This document shows positions 1 to 8,764 of a stretch of DNA of 64,000 nucleotides, in pieces (the first letter of the stretch is position 1; each line of letters begins with the position of its first letter). The position numbers and the translations under genes are program-made. The notes beneath the pieces are model-generated. The model had not been told where the DNA came from. It did no database searches and saw only the letters and a program-made list of their open reading frames with translations. Source of the DNA: an uncultured Gammaproteobacteria bacterium. GTDB lineage: Bacteria > Patescibacteriota > Microgenomatia > Daviesbacterales > UBA10151. The stretch lies in NCBI GenBank assembly GCA_964640215.1, contig CAZXEW010000030.1, positions 17,920 to 81,919 on the forward strand, written 5' to 3'.

Positions 1-2
1 CT

Positions 3-524
3 TTGCTTGAGGCCGGTCAGCTGTTGAAAAATGACCAATATTTAAAAATTGGCTTAGCATCGCTTAATTTTTTGATAAAAAATTCTAAATATCAGTCAAT
101 GCCGTCTGTAGTGGGTAATCGGGGTTGGTGGGAAAAAGGACGACCAAAAGCATTGTATGATCAGCAGCCAATTGATGTATCTTATACCGTTCTGGCACTG
201 CTTAGTGCCTATCGAATTTTTGGTGAGAAGTTTTATCTTGATCAGGCTTTATTTTTTTACAGTTGGTTTCATGGTAATAACAGCCAGGGAGTAAGAATGG
301 TTGATGGGACCGGAGCCTGTTTTGATGGCCTGGGGCAAAATGGGGTAAATACAAATTGCGGAGGAGAATCCAGTGTAGTTTATTTGATGGCTGGTTTAGA
401 GTTAAAACGACTGTTAACTAATGTCAAAAGCAATTTGCGGGCAGAAATCCAATCTTTGGCAAATGGAGGTATTTTGCCACAAAAAAACCCGCACGTAGCG
501 GGTTTTCTTGAATTACTAACTTAA
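3..524 (+). CDS. hypothetical protein, 5'-truncated at window edge; possibly C-terminal part of an (alpha/alpha)6 six-hairpin glycosidase-like protein
   Basis: Open frame running in from the window start to the stop at 522-524. Weak family resemblance only (GGESSVVYLMAGLEL, NRGWWEKGRP); no catalytic motif identified. Confidence 0.3.
   Translation: MLEAGQLLKNDQYLKIGLASLNFLIKNSKYQSMPSVVGNRGWWEKGRPKALYDQQPIDVSYTVLALLSAYRIFGEKFYLDQALFFYSWFHGNNSQGVRMVDGTGACFDGLGQNGVNTNCGGESSVVYLMAGLELKRLLTNVKSNLRAEIQSLANGGILPQKNPHVAGFLELLT
486..509 (+). terminator. putative intrinsic terminator hairpin (CCCGC-acgta-GCGGG) followed by TTTTCTT
   Basis: aaaaaaaCCCGCacgtaGCGGGttttctt lies 15 nt before the stop of the 3..524 ORF. 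The upstream A-run would also allow minus-strand function. Confidence 0.35.
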
Positions 525-626
525 CAGCTAGCTTGGTATTTATATCACTCTCGCTTTTTTCCGTCAACGGCATCAAACTATGACTAATTGTATCGTGGTA
601 CAATTAGATTCAGACGACCTAGTTAC

Positions 627-690
627 TAAGGACTTAGGACCTAGTCGCTTTAATTGTTTTTAACTTAAGTCCTAACTCCTAAGTCCTAAC
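627..690. promoter_or_regulatory. inverted repeat AAGGACTTAGGA ... TCCTAAGTCCT plus direct repeat TAAGTCCTAAC x2 immediately upstream of the rpiB start
   Basis: Read directly: 627-644 taaggacttaggacctag and 664-690 cttaagtcctaactcctaagtcctaac. The rpiB ATG is at 695. Confidence 0.3.
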
Positions 691-694
691 AACT

Positions 695-1141
695 ATGATT
701 TATTTGGGTGCCGATCATCGAGGGTTTGAGTTGAAGGAGCGGCTGCGGAAGCGGTTGGTTGATGAGGGTTTTGAGGTGACGGATTTGGGAAATGATCATT
801 TTGAGCCAGGAGATGATTATGTTGATTTTGCCAAAAAAGTAGCTGATGCGGTGGCCCAGGAGCCCCAAAACCGTGGGGTGTTGCTGTGTGGATCAGGGGC
901 AGGCGTGGATATGGTGGCGAACAAGGTCGATGGGGTGCGGTCTGCATTGGTTGATGACTTAGAGCGGGCGAAACAGGCCAGAGAACATGAGGATGCTAAC
1001 GTCTTGAGCTTGCCGGCCGATAAGCTGGACGCCGAGGAGACCTATCGAATTGTTAAAGCCTTTTTAGAGACGCAGTTTTCGAATGATGCCCGCCACGAGC
1101 GGCGGTTAGAAAAGATGACAGAAGTTGAGAAAGAAAATTAA
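695..1141 (+). CDS. rpiB: ribose-5-phosphate isomerase B (RpiB/LacAB family)
   Basis: MIYLGADHRGFELKE...LLCGSGAGVDMVANK, the characteristic RpiB N-terminal and active-site region. 148 aa is typical for the family. The stop overlaps the rpe start (TAATG). Confidence 0.85.
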   Translation: MIYLGADHRGFELKERLRKRLVDEGFEVTDLGNDHFEPGDDYVDFAKKVADAVAQEPQNRGVLLCGSGAGVDMVANKVDGVRSALVDDLERAKQAREHEDANVLSLPADKLDAEETYRIVKAFLETQFSNDARHERRLEKMTEVEKEN

Positions 1142-1806
1142 TGGTTCAAATCGTACCCGGAATTTTGGCGACAACTGAGTCTGAGTATCGGCAAATGGCC
1201 GGGCAGCTGGATAAAGCGGGCGCCCTCGAGGGTGGGTGGGTCCAGATTGATTTGATGGATGGAGATTTTGTGGCGAATAAGTCGGTTTCTGCTGAGGTGG
1301 TGAAAAAATACCCATTAAATTTGCAGGTCGAAGTTCAGTTAATGGTGGTTGATCCAGCGGGGTGGATTGAAGCTTTGAGTGGTGTTGGGGTGAAGCGATT
1401 CGTGGCTCCGATTGAAACCGATGAGGCAGGTTTAGACGAATTTTTTTCGAGATGTAAAGTTAAAGATATTGAAGTTGGGCTGTCAATTAATCCAGAAACA
1501 CCAGTAGAAAAAATTGAAGAATATTTAGACATTTTGGATGCGGTGTTGATAATGTCGGTTGAGCCGGGCTTTGGGGGGCAGGAGTTTATTGATGGATCGA
1601 TCGAAAAGGTCAAGGCGTTGGCTCGACTTCGGGGGACAAACGGGTTTATGATAGAAGTGGATGGAGGCATTACACTCCAGCATGTACCCGAGCTAATAAA
1701 GGCTGGTGCAGATAATTTAGTGATTGGTGCCGGACGGTTACTGGAAGGAGATTTAGATGAAAATCTTGAGCAATTTTGGGAAGCGACCCAACAGATCGCC
1801 AGCTGA
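1141..1806 (+). CDS. rpe: ribulose-phosphate 3-epimerase
   Basis: VQIDLMDGDFV, MSVEPGFGGQEF and VDGGI motifs. 221 aa. Translationally coupled to rpiB. Confidence 0.85.
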   Translation: MVQIVPGILATTESEYRQMAGQLDKAGALEGGWVQIDLMDGDFVANKSVSAEVVKKYPLNLQVEVQLMVVDPAGWIEALSGVGVKRFVAPIETDEAGLDEFFSRCKVKDIEVGLSINPETPVEKIEEYLDILDAVLIMSVEPGFGGQEFIDGSIEKVKALARLRGTNGFMIEVDGGITLQHVPELIKAGADNLVIGAGRLLEGDLDENLEQFWEATQQIAS

Positions 1807-2425
1807 GAGAAAAGTGTCCGCCATCTCGACGGTGGCGATATTTGGCTACTCCGATACCAAAGAGGATCAACGTCTCTATAAAAGCGTGGTTGAGGTGACC
1901 AAAGGTCTGGCGGAGGCCGGTTATACGGTGGTGGATGGGGGCGGGCCGGGAGTGATGCGGGCGGCGACAGTGGGAGCCAAGATGGGCGGCGGAAAAGTGA
2001 TCGCGGTGACGATGAAGCCAAAGGACATTCCCTATTTTGAAGGTCGGGATCCGGAGAATCTGTTTGATGAGGAGATTAAGACTGACAATTATGTCGAACG
2101 GACACTGGCGATGTTGAGGGAAGGACAGGTCTACGTGGTGTTCAACGGTGGGACAGGGACGATTTCGGAGTTTGGAATGGCCTGGGGGTTGGCCAGGCTT
2201 TATTTTGGCCATCATAAACCGCTGATTTTGTATGGTAAGTTTTGGAAGAAAATTATTAGGGCGTTTCGGGAAAATATGCTGCTGCGGCCTGAGGAGTTTA
2301 AAGTCTATCGAATTGTTGACTCGCCTGATGAGGTGTTGGATGCGATTGAGGATTTCCAAAAAGAGATTGACCGAGGTGAACACACCCACCACCTGGCTGC
2401 CACCAGGGGGGATTTTTCGATCTAG
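1757..2425 (+). CDS. LOG family protein (cytokinin riboside 5'-monophosphate phosphoribohydrolase-like, TIGR00730)
   Basis: GGGPGVM and NGGTGTISE (PGGxGTxxE) motifs. The ATG at 1757 overlaps rpe by 50 nt; an alternative GTG start near 1812 (VSAISTVAIFGYS) is plausible. Confidence 0.7.
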   Translation: MKILSNFGKRPNRSPAERKVSAISTVAIFGYSDTKEDQRLYKSVVEVTKGLAEAGYTVVDGGGPGVMRAATVGAKMGGGKVIAVTMKPKDIPYFEGRDPENLFDEEIKTDNYVERTLAMLREGQVYVVFNGGTGTISEFGMAWGLARLYFGHHKPLILYGKFWKKIIRAFRENMLLRPEEFKVYRIVDSPDEVLDAIEDFQKEIDRGEHTHHLAATRGDFSI

Positions 2426-2573
2426 AAAGGACAGGTGTCAAGTTAGTACGCCTCGAAGATATATTGTGTTCTAACAGTTGGCTGATTGTAGTTACAATGT
2501 TTAGCTATAGCTTATTCTTGTAACCAGGAGATAGATCTTGGATTTTGTTTATTAGAAGGCTTAAGATAGAGGT

Positions 2574-3461
2574 ATGTATCTGTCTGATGAAGAGATTGAG
2601 CAGTTGGAGTTGACGGCTAATACGATCCGCCAGAATATTATTAGGATGCTGGTGGAGGCGGGGTCGGGGCATTCGGCCGGGCCGCTGGGGATGGCTGATG
2701 TCTTTACGGCGATGTTTTTCCATGTTTTGAATATTGATCCATCGAGGGTGGATTGGGAGGAGCGGGATCGGTTTGTACTCTCTTGCGGGCATATTTGTCC
2801 GGTGATGTATGCGACGATGGCCCGTCGCGGTTTTTTCCCGGTTGAGGAGTTGAGAAGTTTGCGAAAATTAGGGACGCGGTTGCAGGGGCATCCACATCGG
2901 GAGTCGTTGCCGGGGCTTGAAACGACTTCGGGGCCGCTTGGCTCAGGGTTGTCACAGGCAAGTGGGATGGCCTTGGTGGCCAAGATGGATCAGCTGATGT
3001 GGCGAGTCTACGTGGTGATGTCGGATGGTGAGCACGATGAGGGTAATACCTGGGAGGCAGTGATGCTGGCGGCTAAGTATAAGTTGCATAATCTGACGGC
3101 GATTTTGGACCGGAATAACATCCAGATTGATGGTTTTACTGAAGATGTGATGCCGCTGGATTCGCTTAAGGCCAAATACGAGGCGTTTGGCTGGTCGGTG
3201 ATCGAGATTGACGGGCATAATATTCGCGAAATAATCGAGGCTTGTGAGAGGGCTAAAACGATTGTCGAGGGTCCGACCCTGATCTTGGCGCACACGATCC
3301 CCGGCAAGGGCGTTGATTTTATGGAAGGCGATTTTCACTGGCACGGCTCGCCGCCGGGGACTCAAGACGTGGCGGGCGATCCACCCAAAGCTGAACAGGC
3401 CCAAATTGCCTTGAAAGAGTTGAGAACGTTAAGGGGGAAGATTAGGAGTGAACATGAATAA
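2574..3461 (+). CDS. tkt: transketolase, N-terminal (TPP-binding) subunit of a split transketolase
   Basis: GSGHSAGPLG TPP-binding motif and a DGEHDEGNTWEA region. ~295 aa matches the split-Tkt N subunit. Confidence 0.85.
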   Translation: MYLSDEEIEQLELTANTIRQNIIRMLVEAGSGHSAGPLGMADVFTAMFFHVLNIDPSRVDWEERDRFVLSCGHICPVMYATMARRGFFPVEELRSLRKLGTRLQGHPHRESLPGLETTSGPLGSGLSQASGMALVAKMDQLMWRVYVVMSDGEHDEGNTWEAVMLAAKYKLHNLTAILDRNNIQIDGFTEDVMPLDSLKAKYEAFGWSVIEIDGHNIREIIEACERAKTIVEGPTLILAHTIPGKGVDFMEGDFHWHGSPPGTQDVAGDPPKAEQAQIALKELRTLRGKIRSEHE

Positions 3462-3759
3462 CGAGAGTATATCATCTCCAAATCGTATAGTTATTTGGCT
3501 AGCAGGGCATCCGGCGATTTTTGCTTTAGTGTTTTTATTTCTCGGGTTGGCCGATGCTTTTTTAGCATTTAAAGGTTTCGGTAGAGCTAGTAATCTTTTT
3601 TTAGGTAGGTGGTACGTAGTACCGAAAAAAGCAACTAAGGAAGATCGAATAGGTTTAAGATTTTTTGCTTTCTTGGAGCTAATTATACCGGTGTTGTTAT
3701 TAATTGGTTTTTTGCAAGATAGATATACAAAGGGATCACTATTGGATATTTTTAAATGA
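3448..3759 (+). CDS. hypothetical small membrane protein (2-3 predicted TM helices)
   Basis: ORF with hydrophobic stretches AIFALVFLFLGLADAFLAF and LELIIPVLLLIGF. Overlaps the tkt N-subunit end by 14 nt. No family recognised. Confidence 0.4.
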   Translation: MNMNNESISSPNRIVIWLAGHPAIFALVFLFLGLADAFLAFKGFGRASNLFLGRWYVVPKKATKEDRIGLRFFAFLELIIPVLLLIGFLQDRYTKGSLLDIFK

Positions 3760-3812
3760 TTAACACCAAAGCTAATTTAAATCCTAAATTGTTTGAGGAT
3801 GGTGTGGAATTT
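3756..3812 (+). repeat. diverged direct copy (~50/55 nt identical) of the 5' end of the transketolase C-subunit gene (4806-4862)
   Basis: atgattaacaccaaagctaatttaaatcctaaattgtttgaggatggtgtgga versus 4806 atgattaatgacaaagctaatttgaatcctaagttgtttgaggagggtgtgga. It encodes MINTKANLNPKLFEDGVE versus MINDKANLNPKLFEEGVE. The 60-aa ORF 3756..3938 diverges after this point and is probably a relic. Confidence 0.6.
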
Positions 3813-3935
3813 TGGTCAAAAAAAATCCGCTTTGGAGCGGATCTCTTTGCGGATATACACGCCGATGCGATTATAGTACCCAGCCCGCGTATTGCTATAT
3901 TAGCAAATTGGCTGTTTGGAAACAAGGAGAAAATA

Positions 3936-4375
3936 TGAGTAGATTAATAGTACTATTTTTGATTTTGTTTTTTGGGGGAGCAATGTTGTTTTTTCTGGTG
4001 ACGAGTGTAATCAAGCCGTATAGCGTGGCTGGCGGAGATGCCGGTCCTTATATGCAGGGGGATATCGTTTTTTCGGCCTCGAAAGATCTTTATTTAATGT
4101 TTGGTCGGTTGAAAGTTGGGGATGTGGTGGTTTATGGACGCCCGCAATTTGATCAAGTTAGTGGGGCCTATATTGGAGATCTTGAATCAATTAGCCAGAT
4201 TATGGCAATGCCTGGACAAAATTTAGAGCCGGATAATCAGGCATTTTATTTTGATAACAAGCCGGTCGGTCAAGTAGTGCCTGGATATTTTTATCTGGTT
4301 CGTTTTGCCAGTGATAAGCGATGGGCAGTTCCGGAGTCAAAAATTAGCCATGTAGTCTGGTTTCCGCAAAAATGA
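3936..4375 (+). CDS. signal peptidase I (S26)-like membrane protein lacking the catalytic Ser/Lys (putative pseudo-peptidase)
   Basis: Good SD (aaggagaaaatATG at 3936) and an N-terminal TM helix. S26 landmarks are conserved: GDIVF, KVGDVVVY, VPGYFYLVRFASDKRWAVP (compare GDNRDNSxDSRYWG). The SGSM serine position reads GGDA and the catalytic Lys position reads YIGD. The longer ORF-track start at 3812 is probably not used. Confidence 0.5.
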
Positions 4376-4803
4376 TAACGACCCTGAATAGACTAAGTTT
4401 GCTAGAGATCGCAAATACCATTGCAGCCTACGTTCTACCTGTTTTTTCGTACACGTACGGTCTTTATTGTGTAGTTATTGGTATAAGAAATGATAATTTT
4501 GCCAGAGTTATATTTGGAACGATCGCTATTTTTGCCGGTTTAATAGTTGGAGCTTTGGAGGTTCGATTGGCCAACGGTATTTCCTATAATGGTCAGGGCG
4601 GGGTTTGGGAGAAAATGTTGTTTTTATCCGCGCTTGGGATAATTTTTGTTCTATTTGCTATATTTTGTTTTGATCCCCAAAAGCAAATAACCAATACTAA
4701 TTCAGTCTCGGGTACAAGGATATTTCGAATAATGTTACTGATACTAGGACTGGTTTTAATTTCATTGTCAGTATTTTTATTTTATTTTAGAGGGGTTATG
4801 TAA
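4372..4803 (+). CDS. hypothetical polytopic membrane protein (4 predicted TM helices)
   Basis: ORF coupled to the upstream gene (ATGA overlap). Hydrophobic segments throughout. No family recognised. Confidence 0.45.
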   Translation: MITTLNRLSLLEIANTIAAYVLPVFSYTYGLYCVVIGIRNDNFARVIFGTIAIFAGLIVGALEVRLANGISYNGQGGVWEKMLFLSALGIIFVLFAIFCFDPQKQITNTNSVSGTRIFRIMLLILGLVLISLSVFLFYFRGVM

Positions 4804-4805
4804 AT

Positions 4806-5828
4806 ATGATTAATGACAAAGCTAATTTGAATCCTAAGTTGTTTGAGGAGGGTGTGGAGATGAAGCCTTCGCGGGATGGGTTTGGGGAGGGGTTGGTGTT
4901 GGCGGGGGAAGAAGACAAAAATGTAGTGGCGCTATGTGCGGATTTGACGGAGTCGACGCGGATGGAGGCGTTTAAGCAGAAATTTCCGGAACGATTTATA
5001 GAAGTGGGGGTGGCTGAGCAGAATCTGGTGACAGTTGGATCTGGGATGGCGGCGGCTGGAAAGATACCGTTTGTTAGTTCGTACGCCACATTTTCGCCGG
5101 GGCGGAATTGGGAGCAGATTCGAACAACGATTTGTTACAACAACCAGCCGGTCAAGATTGTCGGTTCTCACGCCGGTATTTCAGTCGGGCCGGATGGGGC
5201 GACGCACCAAGCGTTGGAGGATATGGCCTTGATGCGGGCGTTGCCCAATATGGTGGTGATTTGTCCGGCCGATGCCATTGAGGCGCGTAAAGCCACCCAG
5301 GCGATTGCCCGGACAAAAAAACCGACCTATTTGCGTTTGTCGCGCGATAAAGTGCCGGTAATAACAACCGAACAAACTCCCTTTGAAATAGGTAGGGCGG
5401 AAGTACTCTTTTCATCACTATCGGATACAGGGTTGAACCCTAAAGCCGATAGTGTAGCCATTATTGCCTGTGGACAGATGGTGTACAGGGCGCTGCAAGC
5501 GGCGAAAGAGTTAGGGGAGCAAAAGATTGGGGTCAGGGTGATTAACTGTCATACCATCAAGCCGTTGGATAAAGAGACGATTTTAAAGGCCGCCCAGGAG
5601 TGTGGGGCGATCGTGACAGTTGAGGAGCATCAGGTGAACGGTGGACTCGGTGGAGCGGTGGCGGAATTGGTCTCTCAACATTGCCCGGTGCCGACTAAGA
5701 TTATAGGTATTGACGATCATTTTGGCGAATCAGGGAATCCTCAGGAATTGCTAAAAAAGTTCGGCTTAACCAAGGAGGCGATTGTTAAGGGCGTTTTGCA
5801 GGTCCTGAGGATGAAACCTAATAATTAA
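4806..5828 (+). CDS. tkt: transketolase, C-terminal (pyrimidine-binding plus C-terminal domain) subunit
   Basis: GFGEGLVLAGEEDKNVVALCADL, FIEVGVAEQNLV and GSHAGISVGPDGATHQALEDMALMRALPNM are typical of the Tkt C-terminal half. Confidence 0.85.
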   Translation: MINDKANLNPKLFEEGVEMKPSRDGFGEGLVLAGEEDKNVVALCADLTESTRMEAFKQKFPERFIEVGVAEQNLVTVGSGMAAAGKIPFVSSYATFSPGRNWEQIRTTICYNNQPVKIVGSHAGISVGPDGATHQALEDMALMRALPNMVVICPADAIEARKATQAIARTKKPTYLRLSRDKVPVITTEQTPFEIGRAEVLFSSLSDTGLNPKADSVAIIACGQMVYRALQAAKELGEQKIGVRVINCHTIKPLDKETILKAAQECGAIVTVEEHQVNGGLGGAVAELVSQHCPVPTKIIGIDDHFGESGNPQELLKKFGLTKEAIVKGVLQVLRMKPNN

Positions 5829-6178
5829 GAAACGACACTGTGTTGAGTTGGGGAATTTAAAACAAGATAATTGACCAAAGGGTCTGAAGGGTGTGGCTGG
5901 GCCAGGTTTGTTAAATATAAAGCTACTTCAAGGGTGGGGTTAGAAAACCAGTCTTCAGAAACCTTGCCTAGCTGTTTAGAAGAGTTGAATAAGCGTCTTT
6001 TGAGCTGTTTTCTAGCTTCGCTTTGGATGTCATAGAGTGTGGCTGAGTCAGGTGTTGGCTGGTATCTGTGGACCCATTCAGTTATGAAAGTTCCAAGAAA
6101 TTTAGTGTCAAATGGTAAAGGATCGACTGTAATCTTGTGTCTTTGGTCGGGGTTAATTTTAACATCGCTGGTGGTCAC
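5825..6178 (-). CDS. hypothetical protein
   Basis: 117-aa ORF whose start overlaps the stop of the upstream minus-strand ORF (ATGA at 6175-6178). No recognisable motifs. Confidence 0.35.
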   Translation of the reverse strand: MTTSDVKINPDQRHKITVDPLPFDTKFLGTFITEWVHRYQPTPDSATLYDIQSEARKQLKRRLFNSSKQLGKVSEDWFSNPTLEVALYLTNLAQPHPSDPLVNYLVLNSPTQHSVVS

Positions 6179-6837
6179 AAATCTGATACAGGTTTTAGTA
6201 AAAAGCGGTGGGAATGTTGTTTACTAGTGCTGAGACTTTTTAGGACAGCAGGTAGATACGACTGGGTATCTCTACGATTAGAGATGATCCCAACTATTTC
6301 CGCAATTGTAGGATAATCGCCGGTGGTATCAACGGTTAATCCGTGTGGTGTAGATATATTAAGCAAGGAGGCTTGACCAAAAGGGTTTATTACAATCGGA
6401 GATTTGGGATAGAGAAGTTGCCAATAATCGAGTGCATCAACTGATCCCAGAAATACTTGATTGGTAGGTACTCCTCTGCTTCTAATTAACGCTTCTGCTA
6501 AGTCAGATATTACCTTGCGAACAAAAAAGCGATTTAATGATTGGAATTGGGCTGATGTCATGGGAAGTGAGACATAGTTGGTATATTCCTGATAGGTGTT
6601 GATGAACTGAGTGGTTCGAGGATACTGATTGAAAAATCGAACCGGATCTGAAAAATCTAATTGAGGTAGCTGATTGCCGGGAGGGAAATTAGGTGCCTGT
6701 TCCACCATTATTTGCAACGTCTCGGCCTCTATAAAGTCGGTGTGGTCTCCAATCAGATTTTGGTCAAAGCTGTTCTTTAATCTGTCTAGTTCAAGGTGCA
6801 TGGTCTGTATTATAATTATAGCTGAGGTATAATTCAA
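6175..6837 (-). CDS. hypothetical protein
   Basis: 220-aa ORF with coding-like composition, the first gene of a two-gene minus-strand pair. No recognisable motifs. Confidence 0.4.
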   Translation of the reverse strand: MNYTSAIIIIQTMHLELDRLKNSFDQNLIGDHTDFIEAETLQIMVEQAPNFPPGNQLPQLDFSDPVRFFNQYPRTTQFINTYQEYTNYVSLPMTSAQFQSLNRFFVRKVISDLAEALIRSRGVPTNQVFLGSVDALDYWQLLYPKSPIVINPFGQASLLNISTPHGLTVDTTGDYPTIAEIVGIISNRRDTQSYLPAVLKSLSTSKQHSHRFLLKPVSDL

Positions 6838-6930
6838 TAATTATAGGTTAGGTGTCCAAGCGATTAGTTGTTTAGATTTTTTGTAATGGTTGACAGAAAG
6901 ATTGAAATCGGTCAGAATGGATTTTGTACT

Positions 6931-7725
6931 ATGGCTGAAACTCCACATGTTGAATATCGGCAAGGTTTTATGTCGACGCCGGCGGCGATTTTGGTCGGAT
7001 CGATTTTGATTTCGGTATCGATTTTGCTGAGTAGTGGGATTATCCGAATTAAGGGTGTGACGCCGAATTCTCCGGTTTTGGGAGAGGCGACGACTGGAAG
7101 CGGTGCGGTCGCGCAGGCATCTGCGGCACCAGCGGCGGCTGAGAATGCAGGTCCAGTGAAAGTATCATTGGCAGATAGTCCGGTATTGGGCGACAAAAAA
7201 GCCAAGTTAACAATGGTTGAGTTTTCGGATTATGAATGTCCGTTCTGTAAGCGTTACTATACTGATACCTACAGCCAGTTGAAGAAAGATTATGTTGATA
7301 CCGGCAAGATGAAGATAGTTTTTCGCAACTTGCCGCTGTCATTTCACCAAAATGCCCATAAAGAAGCTCAGGCAGCTCTTTGTGCCAGGGATCAAGGCGG
7401 GGACACGGTTTACTGGAAATATCACGACGAGATGTTTACGCGAACCACCTCAAATGGAACTGGTTTAAGTTTGGATCAGTTGCCGGTGATTGCCAAGGAA
7501 ATCGGTCTCAATGGGGATACTTTGAAAAGCTGCATCGATTCAGGCAAGTATGTTCAAAAGGTTGACAAAGATTTGGCCGATGCCGGGACTTATGGTGCGA
7601 CTGGAACGCCTAGCTTTTTTATCGGCAAAGATAACGGTGACGAGAGTATGACAGGGACTATTGTGGTGGGTGCTCAACCGTTTAGTGCTTTTAAGGCGCT
7701 GATTGATCAGCAATTGGCCCTGTAA
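6931..7725 (+). CDS. DsbA/BdbD-like thiol:disulfide oxidoreductase (thioredoxin fold), membrane-anchored
   Basis: CPFC active-site motif inside VEFSDYECPFCKRYY, a C-terminal GATGTPSFFIG motif (DsbA cis-Pro loop region), and an N-terminal TM helix. The start is chosen at the in-frame Met before the TM; 6970 or the ORF-track start at 6868 are alternatives. Confidence 0.65.
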   Translation: MAETPHVEYRQGFMSTPAAILVGSILISVSILLSSGIIRIKGVTPNSPVLGEATTGSGAVAQASAAPAAAENAGPVKVSLADSPVLGDKKAKLTMVEFSDYECPFCKRYYTDTYSQLKKDYVDTGKMKIVFRNLPLSFHQNAHKEAQAALCARDQGGDTVYWKYHDEMFTRTTSNGTGLSLDQLPVIAKEIGLNGDTLKSCIDSGKYVQKVDKDLADAGTYGATGTPSFFIGKDNGDESMTGTIVVGAQPFSAFKALIDQQLAL

Positions 7726-7786
7726 TTAGGTGTCAATACTAGATTAAACTCTTCCGACAGTTCCATTTTTAGGCTACACTGTAAAT

Positions 7787-8764
7787 ATGTTTGATTTGAT
7801 TTCGGTTGGCGACTCGGTAATAGATTTATTTGTACCGCTGATTGATGCGGAAACCCGGAGTGAGGATGGGCAGCGAAAATTGATACTAAGGAGTGGGGAT
7901 AAAGTGCCGGTTGGGCCATCGACGTCACTAATTGGGGGAAATGCGGCCAATAACGCTGTTGGATCGACACGGCTGAAGTTGAATAGCGCCATTTACACTA
8001 ATGTTGGGGATGATGAGGATGGGCAGCGGATTGCCGATAATTTCCGGAGCGAGGGGGTTGACTGCCGGTATTTGGTCAAAAATAAAGAGATGTTGTCGAA
8101 TCACCATGTCGTGCTTGATTTTAAGGGTGAGCGGACGATTTTGGTTCACCATCAGCCCTGGAAGTTAGAGTTGCCGGAATTAGAGCGGACAAAATGGGTC
8201 TATTTGACCTCGCTGTCGCCCTCGTTTGTGGATACTAATTTTATCGAACAGCTGATCAACTATCTCGAACGGACGCGCTCGAAGCTATTGTATAATCCGG
8301 GGACTTTCCAGATTAAGCAGGGGGTTAAGAAAAATCCGCGATTGTTGTCTTTGACAGAGGTTTTTATTGTTAATAAGGAAGAAGCCAAACTGGTGTTGGG
8401 TTTTGAAGAGGGTGAGAAAAAAGAGATGAAAGAGCTGCTGACAGGATTGCATGATCTGGGGCCGCGGCAGGTAGTTGTAACAGACGGTGAGAACGGCTCG
8501 TGGGGGTTTGACGGGGAAAATTTTTTTGAACTAGGTTTGTTTCCAGCTAATTTAGTCGAGATGACCGGGGCCGGTGATGCATATGCCACCGGGGTGTTGG
8601 CTGGATTATTACACGGGAAGAGTTTAGACTCTGCCATGCGCTGGGGTGCGGCAAATGCGGCTGGAGTAGTAGAGCAGGTTGGTCCACAGGCGGGGTTGCT
8701 GACTTATGACCAGATGCAAGAGCGATTGAAAGCTAATTCGAAGATTGTAGCCAAAAAGATTTAG
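7787..8764 (+). CDS. PfkB-family carbohydrate kinase (ribokinase-like)
   Basis: GAGDAYATGVLAGL PfkB signature 2 plus an N-terminal GGNAANNAVG region. The ribokinase role is only suggested by context (rpiB, rpe, tkt nearby). Confidence 0.8.
   Translation: MFDLISVGDSVIDLFVPLIDAETRSEDGQRKLILRSGDKVPVGPSTSLIGGNAANNAVGSTRLKLNSAIYTNVGDDEDGQRIADNFRSEGVDCRYLVKNKEMLSNHHVVLDFKGERTILVHHQPWKLELPELERTKWVYLTSLSPSFVDTNFIEQLINYLERTRSKLLYNPGTFQIKQGVKKNPRLLSLTEVFIVNKEEAKLVLGFEEGEKKEMKELLTGLHDLGPRQVVVTDGENGSWGFDGENFFELGLFPANLVEMTGAGDAYATGVLAGLLHGKSLDSAMRWGAANAAGVVEQVGPQAGLLTYDQMQERLKANSKIVAKKI

Noticed and set aside
1335-2392. Long minus-strand ORFs (228 and 240 aa) overlapping rpe and the LOG gene
   Set aside because: They lie antisense to well-supported plus-strand genes with clear motifs. 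Their composition is Pro/Ser/Arg-rich, typical of shadow ORFs.
3756-3938. 60-aa ORF as a genuine gene
   Set aside because: Its first 19 codons are a diverged duplicate of the tktC start, and the rest has no coding features. It is treated as a duplication relic.
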